Virus record (IMG/VR): IMGVR_UViG_3300045988_106087
Coordinates: 1 to 62,951 of that record
DNA from: a virus
Strand: one strand, 5' to 3'
DNA: 62,951 nt
Part shown: one piece after another, positions 52,972 to 62,651 of the stretch
Position numbering within the stretch: position 1 is the first letter of the stretch
Layout: every line of letters starts with the position of its first letter
The notes under the pieces: generated by a model
What the model saw: only the letters and a program-made list of their open reading frames with translations
The model's database searches: none
Told to the model about the DNA's origin: nothing
Made by a program: the position numbers and the translations under genes

Positions 52972-54918
52972 ATGAAAGAGATCATTTTGAAAAAGGCGCA
53001 TATGGAGAACTTCAAGCGGTTTAAGGATGAAACCATTGAGTTTGGACAGAGGACAAGCATCTTCGGTCAGAACTACCTTGGAAAATCTTCTATTGCCGAC
53101 CTGTTCTCATGGGTTCTGTTCAATAAGAGCAGTACCGGGAACGTAGAGGGAAAGCATTTCCACCCTCGTAGATATGATGAAAATGGTGTAAATATCGACT
53201 ATGTGGATGTTGTCGGTGAGATCGTGCTCCTGGTAGATGGAGTTGAGACGAAGATTCGCAAGGTTCAGAAGCAAAAGTGGGTTCGCCATCGTGGTTCAGA
53301 AAATGAGGTATACGAAGGAGATACCACAGAATACGAGTGGAACGATGTACCGACCACAGCAACCAACCATAAGAAAAAGGTTGCTGAAATCATTTCAGAA
53401 GAGGTATTTCTTCTTTTAAGCAATCCGGAAACATTCCCATCAAAATCGGATAAGGAACAGCGAAAGTTCCTCATGGAACACGTAGAAAAGATAACGGATG
53501 CCGATGTGCTTGCAAATCATCCGGAGTTCAGTTCCGTGATTGATGCCATGGGTGATTTAACTTTGGAAGAGTTGGAAGCCAAAAATAAGAAAGAAATTGA
53601 CGCTTACGAAGAAAAGAAAGAGGAACTTCCAACCAGAATCGACCAGGAGAGAAAGCACATTGAGGAAATGGACTTCTCCACCATCGAAGCGGAATTGGCA
53701 AGTGCTGAAAAGGAACTTTCCGAGAACGAATCAAAGATCGAAGATACCGGCAAGGCTTACGAGAATTTGAACGATCTGAAAGCCAAAAAAGCAGAGCTGG
53801 ATGGTAAAAAGATCAAGATGGTATCGGAGCAGAACCTTGAAAACGAAAAGAAAAAGAGAACGCTGCAGGATGCCGTTGACAAAGCCGGTTCCGAGTTCAA
53901 TGAATATTTCAAGGAAAATCAGACCATCGATAGAGAGTTGAATGATCTGAAATCTCAAATTGAGAGAAACAAAAAGGAACTTGAAGAATGCCGTGAACAG
54001 TACAAGGATGAAATGAGCAAGGAAATGGATGAATCCACCTTGATCTGTCCTACTTGCGGACAAGAGTTGCCGGAAGATAAAAAAGAGGAAATCAGAGCCG
54101 GATTTGCTGAAAAGAAAGCAAATGCAATCAAAGCCATCAATGAGAGAGGTAGCCGTTTAAGCAAGGAAATTACGGAAGCAGAAGAAAAGGCTGCATCTAT
54201 CGAAAAGCGCATTGAGGAACTGAAAGAGTTGAAAGTCACGGCGCAGGGCAAAGAAAACAAAGCCAAAAAGGTACTGGATGCTTTCTGCAATGGACCAAAA
54301 GAGCCTACCGCTGAATTGATTGCCTTGGATGAGGAAATCGCAAAACTGGAATCCGAGATTGCGGCCATCGACACTTCAGATGCTGACACCTTAAAGGAAA
54401 ATCTGAAATCAGAACGCTCCGAGATTCAGAAACGCATTGTTGAATTGAACAGCTGTCTTGCATTGAAAGGCGTGATTGAAAAGTCAAAGGAGACCGTCAA
54501 AGATCTCGAAGCCGCCATGGTGAAAAACACTCAAAACCTTGCAAACTGTGAGCGGTTGAAAAAAGAGATTGAGAAGTTCCGAACAACGAAGAATCAGATG
54601 CTTTCTGACAGTGTAAACAAGTGGTTCAAGTTAGTAACATGGAAACTCTTTGAACAGCAGAAAAACGGCGGTATTAAGGACGTATGTGTGTGCATGATCC
54701 ACGGCTCCCAGTATGGAGAAAACACGACATCCGCAACCGAAAGAATGATGGCCGGAATGGACATCATCAACACCTTGCAGGAAATCTACGAAGTGAAAGC
54801 ACCTATCTTCCTTGATGATGCTGACCTTTACAACGATTGGAATATCCCAGACATGGGTAGCCAGTTGATCGAACTGTGTGTATCAGAGGACAAAGAACTT
54901 AGAGTGGAGGTGCAATAG
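52972..54918 (+). CDS. Rad50/SbcC-like AAA ATPase with zinc hook
   Basis: Walker A 'GQNYLGKSS', long coiled coil, 'CPTCGQ' hook, Walker B 'IFLDDAD'. Confidence 0.8.
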   Translation: MKEIILKKAHMENFKRFKDETIEFGQRTSIFGQNYLGKSSIADLFSWVLFNKSSTGNVEGKHFHPRRYDENGVNIDYVDVVGEIVLLVDGVETKIRKVQKQKWVRHRGSENEVYEGDTTEYEWNDVPTTATNHKKKVAEIISEEVFLLLSNPETFPSKSDKEQRKFLMEHVEKITDADVLANHPEFSSVIDAMGDLTLEELEAKNKKEIDAYEEKKEELPTRIDQERKHIEEMDFSTIEAELASAEKELSENESKIEDTGKAYENLNDLKAKKAELDGKKIKMVSEQNLENEKKKRTLQDAVDKAGSEFNEYFKENQTIDRELNDLKSQIERNKKELEECREQYKDEMSKEMDESTLICPTCGQELPEDKKEEIRAGFAEKKANAIKAINERGSRLSKEITEAEEKAASIEKRIEELKELKVTAQGKENKAKKVLDAFCNGPKEPTAELIALDEEIAKLESEIAAIDTSDADTLKENLKSERSEIQKRIVELNSCLALKGVIEKSKETVKDLEAAMVKNTQNLANCERLKKEIEKFRTTKNQMLSDSVNKWFKLVTWKLFEQQKNGGIKDVCVCMIHGSQYGENTTSATERMMAGMDIINTLQEIYEVKAPIFLDDADLYNDWNIPDMGSQLIELCVSEDKELRVEVQ

Positions 54919-54920
54919 CA

Positions 54921-55454
54921 ATGAATTTAGTAAAGTTAAAGTTTTTAAGAAACGGCGAACCATCCGGCAGAGAATACACATATATCAGCAAATCTGATGT
55001 AGCGGTAGGAGATACGGTCATCGTAAGACCGCCAGAAAGTCCAGATCATGAACCGCCGAAAGGAATTATCACGATGGTAGATGTTCCGGAATCAGAGGTT
55101 GAGAGTTTCAAGGACAAGCTGAAAGAGATTGTCGGAAAGGATCTTGAAAAGCAGGTATATAAATCCTTTGCATTTAAGGGAGATGAAAGAAAAAAATTAG
55201 AAATCAACCGTGAGATTTACGAAGAGTTGAAAAAGAAGTGGAAAATCTTAATAAATCCAAATGACGGAGAACCATTCGATGACTATGACCTGGTATATCG
55301 GAGAAAAGCGGCATATCACCATGGAGAATACACTATCTTGAAGAATGAAACGGATATGACAAGTGATGAACTTGCATTGATATTTGATGGTGGCAGGCTC
55401 TGTTTTGGATATAAGAGAGAAAGAGACAACTTCTATTATGTTTTTGAAGATTAA
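54921..55454 (+). CDS. Hypothetical protein
   Basis: 177-aa ORF in the recombination module. Confidence 0.5.
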   Translation: MNLVKLKFLRNGEPSGREYTYISKSDVAVGDTVIVRPPESPDHEPPKGIITMVDVPESEVESFKDKLKEIVGKDLEKQVYKSFAFKGDERKKLEINREIYEELKKKWKILINPNDGEPFDDYDLVYRRKAAYHHGEYTILKNETDMTSDELALIFDGGRLCFGYKRERDNFYYVFED

Positions 55455-55539
55455 AGAAAGTGAGGACTAGCAAATGAACAGAAACCGTAAATTGAGTGAA
55501 AAGACATGGAAGAGAATATAGAAAGGAGAATGAGTAATC

Positions 55540-56688
55540 ATGGCAGAAGAAACAAAGAAAAATGAGGTATCAAAGGCGCAGGAAATGAGAACGCAACTTT
55601 CCGTTACAACCAATAATTACATGAAAGTAATTAAGAAGCAGATGGATGAGGGCGGTGCAAATTTTGACGAGTATTCCGGCAAATGTGTTATGTCGGCCAT
55701 GGCTGCAATCAACAACATGATCCACGGACAAGGGTTGACGTTCAATGACCTCAATGCATCCAATGTAAATGAGATCCTTATTCAGATTGCGACATTGAGA
55801 CTGAATGCCAATGCGGTACCGAGAGAGTGCTATTTTCAGGTTCGAAATGTGAATGTTGGCGGTAAAGGTCAGCAGGCACAGTGGGAAAAGCAGATTGAAA
55901 TGGGTATTGAGGGCGATGGTAACGATGCTATTCTTGCAAGATTCGGACGAGATGTAAAAAAGGTATGTCAGGTATGGCTTGTAAGAGAAAAGGACAAATT
56001 CGTATATCCAAAGCATAACGGACTTGAGATGACCGCTCCGCAATGGGAACCAACCGGACAGGGCGAAGTAATCCGTGTTGTATACCCAATCATCAAAACG
56101 GACAACACCGTTGAGTATTACATCGGAGAGCGGAGAGACGTTGTTAAAAACCTGTATGCTCATATCAGCAATAACATGATGAATGAAACCTTTGGACTTG
56201 TCAAAGGCGGTAAAAAAAGATACGATGCCACTCCGGAAGAAAAGAAAAAGATCGATGCCAAAAAGAAAGAATTTATGGACAAGGCAAGAAGCCTTGGTGA
56301 CCTCGACAAAATCCTCGATTGCGAAGAACTTTCCCCTTATATCTCCCCGGCATGGAAAGAGTACCAGAGCCGTGAGCAGATGATTATCCGCAAAATGAGA
56401 AACAACGTCACAAAGAAGATCCCGAAAGACTTTGATAGTGCATTGACCGCAGAACAGTACAACATGACAGATGACACATACAAAGAGGTCCATGCAGAGA
56501 TTGAGGATTTTGCAAACAGCACGGTATTTGACACGACTTATACCGAGGTTAGTTCAGAGCCGGAAAAGCCATCGGAGCCTTCCGAACCTGTAAAGGATCC
56601 AGAACCTAAACAGGAAGAAAAAGCGGAGCCGGAGAAAAAGGAAGAGACCGCTGGGGAAATGCCAGTTCCTGATTGGATGAATGTGTAA
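55540..56688 (+). CDS. Single-strand annealing protein candidate (RecT-like)
   Basis: 382 aa, between the SbcC-like and MBL nuclease genes. Weak motif recognition. Acidic/Pro-rich C-terminal tail. Confidence 0.45.
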   Translation: MAEETKKNEVSKAQEMRTQLSVTTNNYMKVIKKQMDEGGANFDEYSGKCVMSAMAAINNMIHGQGLTFNDLNASNVNEILIQIATLRLNANAVPRECYFQVRNVNVGGKGQQAQWEKQIEMGIEGDGNDAILARFGRDVKKVCQVWLVREKDKFVYPKHNGLEMTAPQWEPTGQGEVIRVVYPIIKTDNTVEYYIGERRDVVKNLYAHISNNMMNETFGLVKGGKKRYDATPEEKKKIDAKKKEFMDKARSLGDLDKILDCEELSPYISPAWKEYQSREQMIIRKMRNNVTKKIPKDFDSALTAEQYNMTDDTYKEVHAEIEDFANSTVFDTTYTEVSSEPEKPSEPSEPVKDPEPKQEEKAEPEKKEETAGEMPVPDWMNV

Positions 56689-56715
56689 TGTGCTTGTTTG
56701 AAAGAAGGTGATTCT

Positions 56716-57435
56716 ATGTTTATGAGAGTGCTTGGGAGCGGTTCTTCCGGGAATTGCTATTTACTTGAATCGAAAGATGAGGTGCTGGTATTAGAAGCAG
56801 GACTATCCTTTGAAAAGGTAAAGGAAGCCATAGACTATCAGACTTCAAAGATAGTCGGTGTATTGAGCAGCCATGAGCACGGAGATCATCGGAAATATAT
56901 AGATGAGTACAAAGATACTGGAATCCCTCGTGTCCTTGGGAATGAGGTAGACCAGTACACCGCAAGTAACTCTCCATTGCCGCCGTTCCGGTTCGGAGAG
57001 TTCCGAGTGATACCATTCGATGTGATTCACGATGTACCATGCTACGGATATCTGATCGAGCATAAAGAGATGGGAAAACTCCTGTTCGTAACCGATACGG
57101 AATATCTGAAGTATAGGTTCGAGGGGATAAATCACATCATGGTAGAAGCCAATTACGCACAAGACATCATAGACGAGAACGTGAACAACGGATATATTCC
57201 GAAGTCGTTACGTGACCGCATTATGAAGAGCCATACGTCAATTACAACGGCAAAAGGCATTGTGCAGGCAAACAAAAACCCGATGCTTAGGAACGTGATT
57301 CTGCTGCACCTGAGCGGACATAATAGTGATCCGAAAAGGTTCCGGGAAGAGGTTCGGAACGTGTTGGGGGATTATTGTAACGTAGATGTTGCAAAAGCAG
57401 GATTAACAATGGATTTAAACCTGTGTCCATTTTAA
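56716..57435 (+). CDS. MBL-fold metallo-hydrolase (phage-type nuclease)
   Basis: 'SSHEHGDH' HxHxDH motif. Confidence 0.8.
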   Translation: MFMRVLGSGSSGNCYLLESKDEVLVLEAGLSFEKVKEAIDYQTSKIVGVLSSHEHGDHRKYIDEYKDTGIPRVLGNEVDQYTASNSPLPPFRFGEFRVIPFDVIHDVPCYGYLIEHKEMGKLLFVTDTEYLKYRFEGINHIMVEANYAQDIIDENVNNGYIPKSLRDRIMKSHTSITTAKGIVQANKNPMLRNVILLHLSGHNSDPKRFREEVRNVLGDYCNVDVAKAGLTMDLNLCPF

Positions 57436-57754
57436 TCATAGAAAGCACCATTACATCACGGAAAAGTAAACCTACAAACCTATGACATCCAAGTAACTAT
57501 AAACAAAATAAAAGTTCCCTCTCTTGATGGTGTGAGAGGGAACGGAAAGGAGTAAAATATCAATTCTTGGTTTATATTTTGAAAAAAGGCAGACAAAACT
57601 ATCAAAATTCAACATTTTTTATGTTAGAATGTGAAAAAAGAACGAAAAAAAAATCTCCCTGATGGTTTGGCCGCCGATAGGAAGATTTTTGGAAGGTTTG
57701 TATAACCCTATTTGATTTGTACTTTAGTATACCACAGTTATACATTCCTTTCTA

Positions 57755-59077
57755 GTGGAAAGGAAGAAAAAAGTGAATAGTTCAAATGCATTGAAATTTT
57801 CAACACACCAGATTGACGAAGCAAGGCATCACATATTCTTCCAACATGACGGTGCGGATGGATTTATCACGCTTGCCAAAAAGGAAAATGGAAAGTTCAT
57901 TCAAAGGCATTACAGACCAGAACAGTTAGCTGAGCAATTGACTAACTACATGGGGGAAGATATTTATTATAGCCAGAATACTTTTTACAAGCCGCAGCGG
58001 AGAATTGAGAACATCCGGCAGTTAAGGAACCTGTACATAGACCTTGATTGTTACCTATTCAACTATGATCCGGATTTTGTTGTTAGAAAACTAGAGTTAG
58101 AGTATTTTAAGCAAAGCATACCGGAGCCGAATCTTATCATATTCAGTGGACGTGGAGTGGTTTTGGTATGGCTTATAGAGCCGGTACCATATAAGGCTTT
58201 ACCTTTATGGAATGCGGTGCAACAATACCTTTTGGAACAATTGAAGGACGTTGGCGGTGATCCGAAAGCGTCAGACGCAGCGAGGGTATTCAGATTGGCA
58301 GGTAGCATCAATTCTAAGAACGGTGCAGAGGTTCATGTAGAGTACCGCCATGGCTATAGATATGCCCTTAGGGATATCCAGTATGATTATCTCCCGGAAC
58401 TGACACCAAAGCCAAAAACGGAAAGGAAGAAACCGGGAAGACGAAAAAAGGTTGTACAGTTATTCAATATATACTCCCTCAACCATGCAAGAATCCTTGA
58501 TATTACTAAACTTGTAGAGTTGAGAAATTATCAAGTAACCGGCTATCGTGAAGTAATATGTTTTTTGTACCGATACTGGATGTGTTGTTTCTGTAATGAT
58601 ACAGAAGAAGCCTATAGGCAGACATTGGAACTGAATAATACCTTTACCTATCCTTTACCTGAAAGGGAATTAAAATCGGCAACAAGGAGCGCAGAAAAGG
58701 CATATGAAGCACGAAGCAACAAAGAAGCCAATGAGCGTGCTATCAAAAGAGGATATCCAGGAGCAGGGTACAACATAAGCAATGCGAAGTTGATTAGATG
58801 GCTTGATATCACGCAAGAAGAGATGGAACACATGAAGACCATCTTCAACCCGGCAGAAAAGCGCAGAAGAGACCGAATCCGAAAAGACAAAGAGCGCAGA
58901 GAATCCGGTATCCGAACGAAAGAGCAGAGGTTGGAAGATGACCGAAAAGCAATGTTGGAAAAAGTCGAAAAAATCCGACTTGCACTTGAAGAAAACCCGA
59001 ACCTGTCTATACGGCAGTTAGTTCAAACAACCGGAATCCCAAGATCGACCGTACAGAGGTTGAAAAAGCATTTATAA
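57755..59077 (+). CDS. Replication initiator of the archaeo-eukaryotic primase (prim-pol / RepB-like) type with C-terminal HTH
   Basis: 'LYIDLDC', 'SGRGVVLVWL', 'RVFRLAGSINSKNG' AEP motifs. C-terminus 'IRQLVQTTGIPRSTVQRL'. Start uncertain (GTG 57755 or GTG 57773 after GGAAAGGAAG). Confidence 0.7.
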   Translation: MERKKKVNSSNALKFSTHQIDEARHHIFFQHDGADGFITLAKKENGKFIQRHYRPEQLAEQLTNYMGEDIYYSQNTFYKPQRRIENIRQLRNLYIDLDCYLFNYDPDFVVRKLELEYFKQSIPEPNLIIFSGRGVVLVWLIEPVPYKALPLWNAVQQYLLEQLKDVGGDPKASDAARVFRLAGSINSKNGAEVHVEYRHGYRYALRDIQYDYLPELTPKPKTERKKPGRRKKVVQLFNIYSLNHARILDITKLVELRNYQVTGYREVICFLYRYWMCCFCNDTEEAYRQTLELNNTFTYPLPERELKSATRSAEKAYEARSNKEANERAIKRGYPGAGYNISNAKLIRWLDITQEEMEHMKTIFNPAEKRRRDRIRKDKERRESGIRTKEQRLEDDRKAMLEKVEKIRLALEENPNLSIRQLVQTTGIPRSTVQRLKKHL

Positions 59078-59078
59078 C

Positions 59079-59109
59079 AATATTAAGGGATTTGGTATGG
59101 GACACCTAA
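59079..59109 (+). repeat. Partial third copy of the AATAT(T)AAG.GGATTT-N4-TGGGACACCTAA box
   Basis: aatattaagggatttggtatgggacacctaa compares with aatataagcggatttagcgtgggacacctaa at 44815-44845. Confidence 0.7.
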
Positions 59110-59149
59110 AAATGGGGGGATTTTCCCCCTCACATAGAAAGGAGAATGT

Positions 59150-59806
59150 ATGAAGAAAACCATACTACTACTGATCGTATATGCGATTATCTTTTTTACT
59201 TTGATTACCTTCCTTGTATCAAAAAAAGAAAGTAAAAAAGATCCCACAAAACAAGCCTACGCAAAAGAAACCCTCATGGTTTACCCAAAACCATTAGCAA
59301 CCGAAACACCTCAACCCACACCGGGAGTTACTCCGGAACCAACACAAACACCAACACCGAAACCAAAGAAAGAAAAACTCCCACCTGATTTAGATATTCC
59401 ACTTGATTATGATGTACAGATATACATTTATAAGCAATGCGGTTACAAGACTGACCTATATTGTTTTATCATGGCTATGATCGAGCAGGAGAGCGGATTC
59501 AACAAAAAGGAAATCAGCAGCACCAATGATTATGGCCTGATGCAGATCAACGGATGCAACCATGATGATCTGAATAATAAGTATGGCAAGCAGAACTTCT
59601 TGGACCCTTACGACAATGTATATTGCGGAATCAAGATCATAAAAGGATATCTGAAAGAATTTGAGCATAAGAACCTTGCACTCATGGCTTACAACATGGG
59701 AAAGGGCGGTGCAAGGAGACTCTGGCGGCAGGGAATCTATTCTTCCCGATACAGTAACAGCGTGATTGAAAAGTACCATAAATATTTAGAAAAATCAGAA
59801 AGGTAG
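59150..59806 (+). CDS. Membrane-anchored lytic transglycosylase (SLT domain)
   Basis: N-terminal TM helix, Pro/Thr linker, 'MIEQESGFN...DYGLMQIN...AYNMG'. Confidence 0.8.
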   Translation: MKKTILLLIVYAIIFFTLITFLVSKKESKKDPTKQAYAKETLMVYPKPLATETPQPTPGVTPEPTQTPTPKPKKEKLPPDLDIPLDYDVQIYIYKQCGYKTDLYCFIMAMIEQESGFNKKEISSTNDYGLMQINGCNHDDLNNKYGKQNFLDPYDNVYCGIKIIKGYLKEFEHKNLALMAYNMGKGGARRLWRQGIYSSRYSNSVIEKYHKYLEKSER

Positions 59807-59814
59807 GAATGAAA

Positions 59815-59985
59815 ATGTATAAGTGTAACAAATGCAATGAGCAATTTGAGCATCCAGAGGTAAAGTTGCCGGATGCTGGTATGCCATACGGAATACTTGG
59901 CAGAAGAAAGATACGTGAGATCAGATTTTGTCCGGAATGTATGTCCGTAAATATTGAGAAAGAAGAGGTGAAGAAAGCCGTATGA
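59815..59985 (+). CDS. Small zinc-ribbon protein (56 aa)
   Basis: CNKC...CPEC. The stop overlaps the recU start (ATGA). Confidence 0.45.
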   Translation: MYKCNKCNEQFEHPEVKLPDAGMPYGILGRRKIREIRFCPECMSVNIEKEEVKKAV

Positions 59986-60566
59986 CGAATTACGCAAACA
60001 GAGGTATGCAGCTTGAAGAATTTGTGGAGTATGCAAATGCAAGATACCGGCACCATGGTATGGCGATAGTGGAAAAGGTACCCACCGAGTTCATTCCAAT
60101 CCGGAACCGATATGGAAAGGTTATCAGCTGCAAGGTGGAAAGAAAAGCTCCGGTAGATTTCATGGGAAGGTATCTTAATACACCGGTGGCAATCGAAGCA
60201 AAGCATACATCAACGGACAGAATCCGATTTGATGCAGTTCAGGACCATCAAGCACAGTTCCTTGATGATTTTGTAGGTAAACATGGTTTAGGTTTCGGAG
60301 CGGTGCTTGTGTCATTCAAAATGGAGCGGTTCTTCCTGGTACCATGGGAATTTTGGAAATGTGGAAGGGAAAACTGGAAACTAATGAAAGGTAAGGGAAG
60401 AGGAAGGGCTATAGGTATCTATGGTCTTATTTGGGAAACACCAAATAAGGCATCCGTTTCCGCTGACGAACTTCTCCCGGAGTGGGAAGTGAAACCAAAT
60501 AACAAGTATGGACTTGCCTATCTTAGCAAGATTGATACATACATGAACAATTATGTGAAGGAGTGA
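59982..60566 (+). CDS. recU: Holliday junction resolvase RecU
   Basis: 'ANRGMQLEEFVEYAN..Y...G.A.V.KVPT......R......VDFMG...G..VAIEAKHT'. Confidence 0.8.
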   Translation: MTNYANRGMQLEEFVEYANARYRHHGMAIVEKVPTEFIPIRNRYGKVISCKVERKAPVDFMGRYLNTPVAIEAKHTSTDRIRFDAVQDHQAQFLDDFVGKHGLGFGAVLVSFKMERFFLVPWEFWKCGRENWKLMKGKGRGRAIGIYGLIWETPNKASVSADELLPEWEVKPNNKYGLAYLSKIDTYMNNYVKE

Positions 60567-60574
60567 ACAAAATC

Positions 60575-60994
60575 ATGAAGAAAACTATTGTAATTTGTGA
60601 CAAATGTAAGCAGGAGATCAAAGGTAACTATTTCAACCTTGTTGCCGGTAAATGTGGCAGCAAAGAGACCATGAACGTAGATCATGAGTATTGCGAGGAA
60701 TGTATTGATAAAATCATTGCCTTTGCAAATGGAGCGGTTGAGCAGCCATCCGAACCGAAACAAGAAGTGAAACCAGAGGAAAAGCCATTGGCAGTAAAAA
60801 AGAAACCTGAACGCAATGCGGAACTGACAAAGACCATCATTCCGGTAACAGAAAAGATGAACAAGACGGAGAAAATCAAGCATCTGTATAATCAGGGATG
60901 CTCCAATAAGTACATAGCACATACCGTTGGAACAACGGAAAACACCGTAACGGTAACCATATGCCAATTGAGAAAGAAAGGAGAAATCAAATGA
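60575..60994 (+). CDS. Zn-ribbon plus C-terminal HTH (LuxR/sigma-r4-like) regulator candidate
   Basis: 'CDKC...CEEC' N-terminus. C-terminus 'YNQGCSNKYIAHTVGTTENTVTVTICQLRKKG'. Confidence 0.5.
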   Translation: MKKTIVICDKCKQEIKGNYFNLVAGKCGSKETMNVDHEYCEECIDKIIAFANGAVEQPSEPKQEVKPEEKPLAVKKKPERNAELTKTIIPVTEKMNKTEKIKHLYNQGCSNKYIAHTVGTTENTVTVTICQLRKKGEIK

Positions 60995-61257
60995 CAGAGC
61001 AGGACTTAAAAGAATGCATCCATGAGGTTAAGTATAGTCCAATTCCGGAGCCATCAAAGGAAAAGATCATAAATACTTTGCAGGATAGCAGATGGATTCC
61101 ATGTAGTGAGAGATTGCCAAGTGGATTAGATTTTGTTTTATTTACACACAAAGATGGAGAAGTAGACACTTGCTCTATTGAGTATTTCTACGATTACTTG
61201 GATAAATTTATCGCATGGCGGCCATTGCCGGAGCCGTACAAGGAGAGTGAAGATTAG
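60991..61257 (+). CDS. DUF551-like protein
   Basis: 'WIPCSERLP...AWRPLPEPY'. Confidence 0.6.
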   Translation: MTEQDLKECIHEVKYSPIPEPSKEKIINTLQDSRWIPCSERLPSGLDFVLFTHKDGEVDTCSIEYFYDYLDKFIAWRPLPEPYKESED

Positions 61258-61258
61258 C

Positions 61259-61669
61259 ATGAAAAGAGAGTGCGATTGTGAGCAATGCATATTAGGGTGG
61301 GAAGAGCGTGGGCTGGAGGATTGTGATGCAGGATGCTATTTCTATCCGGATTTAGAATGGAACGGAATAATGTGCCATGCTCCTGCATTTATAAAAAAGA
61401 TAATTTTTAACAGGAAAATGAGAAAGCGTGATAAATACTATGAAAAAGAATGGTCTGATTATGATGAATTTTTGAAAGAACAGGACAGAAAAGAGAATGC
61501 AATGAGTGATGCAATAAAAGAAGTTTTTTTGCAAGACGGTAACATGATCTGCTACACAGGGCATGATGGAAAGTTACATCCGTATAGTTCATCATATCTA
61601 TATCAACACGCTTGGGAAGTGGTTTCAAAATACGAGGAATTATTAAACAGAAAGGAGAGAAAAGAATAA
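61259..61669 (+). CDS. Hypothetical Cys-rich protein
   Basis: The ORF is open from 61178. ATG 61259 is preferred. Confidence 0.45.
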   Translation: MKRECDCEQCILGWEERGLEDCDAGCYFYPDLEWNGIMCHAPAFIKKIIFNRKMRKRDKYYEKEWSDYDEFLKEQDRKENAMSDAIKEVFLQDGNMICYTGHDGKLHPYSSSYLYQHAWEVVSKYEELLNRKERKE

Positions 61670-62259
61670 TGAGTGTAAAACCGATTCTATTCAATACCGA
61701 AATGGTGAAAGCCATTCTGGACGGAAGAAAGACATGTACAAGACGGGTTCTAAAGCATCCATTTGAAGTGCATCCAAATGGGTTTATTACAAAACCTCAT
61801 GGAAATGACCGGCTTTGCCCGTATACTCCTCCATATCAACCAGGAGATATCCTGTATGTCCGGGAAACATGGAGCGAAATAAGAAATGCGGATGGAAGTC
61901 ATAAGAAGTATGTTTATAAAGCATCGGATCAGTACCCATTCGGGGAAAGCGGGTACATAATTAAATTCAAGTGGAAACCATCCATCCATATGCCGAAGGA
62001 AGCGGCAAGAATTTGGTTGAAGGTTACGGATGTAAGAGTGGAGCGGCTGCAGGATATTACAGAGGATGGAACAATTAAAGAGGGGTGTATTTATGACACC
62101 GAATATAATCTAGGGAAGAGTGCTAGAATTAGAGGTCATTTTGCTGACGTATGGGATTCCACCATTAAGAGGTCTGATCTTAGTACATACGGATGGGGTG
62201 CTAACCCTTACGTATGGGTGATTGAATTTGAGAGATGCGAGAAACAGGAGGAAGAATAG
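61669..62259 (+). CDS. ASCH-like domain protein
   Basis: 'KPILFNTEMVKAILDGRKTCTRRV...YQPGDILYVRETW'. Confidence 0.6.
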   Translation: MSVKPILFNTEMVKAILDGRKTCTRRVLKHPFEVHPNGFITKPHGNDRLCPYTPPYQPGDILYVRETWSEIRNADGSHKKYVYKASDQYPFGESGYIIKFKWKPSIHMPKEAARIWLKVTDVRVERLQDITEDGTIKEGCIYDTEYNLGKSARIRGHFADVWDSTIKRSDLSTYGWGANPYVWVIEFERCEKQEEE

Positions 62260-62261
62260 CC

Positions 62262-62651
62262 ATGGAGAGATTAACATACAGCGGAACAAAAGAAGCAAAG
62301 GCTAACACAACTATTAGAGAAATTTGTAATAAACTTGCTGATTATGAGGACTTAGAAGAGCAGGGCAGAATTATTAAGTTGCCTTGCAAGGTGGGAGATG
62401 TTGTATATCGAATAAATATAGGAGCAATGGAGCCTGTAATCCCGCTTCGAGTTGTTGAATACAGATTTAAAATTGTTGGAAATTGTATCAGAGAGAAAAT
62501 TTGTTGTTCCGATGATTTTTTGTGTAAACAGCCAAGCATAATTTATTATGCAGAAGACATTGGAAATAAGGTATTCCTCACAAAATCCGAAGCAGAAGCA
62601 AAACTGAAAGAATTGAGAGGTGAAAAGAATGAATCAGATGAGTATATTTGA
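62262..62651 (+). CDS. Hypothetical protein
   Basis: ATG after AGGAGGAAG. 'LADYEDLEEQGRIIKLPCKVGDVVY'. Confidence 0.5.
   Translation: MERLTYSGTKEAKANTTIREICNKLADYEDLEEQGRIIKLPCKVGDVVYRINIGAMEPVIPLRVVEYRFKIVGNCIREKICCSDDFLCKQPSIIYYAEDIGNKVFLTKSEAEAKLKELRGEKNESDEYI

Noticed and set aside
55570-56493. 307-aa minus-strand ORF inside the RecT-like gene, plus similar long antisense ORFs at 24335..25132, 3782..4420, 25802..26437, 32106..32732, 5903..6526, 7603..8172 and 15516..16079
   Set aside because: All lie antisense to genes with clear motifs. Their translations are Cys/Phe/Leu-rich nonsense with no recognisable domains and no RBS. They are typical shadow ORFs of purine-rich coding strands.
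57515-57542. Hairpin after the MBL nuclease gene as a rightward intrinsic terminator
   Set aside because: The stem is good, but on the plus strand no T-run follows it. The T-run lies on the opposite strand, where there is no gene to terminate. I kept it only as part of the candidate origin region.
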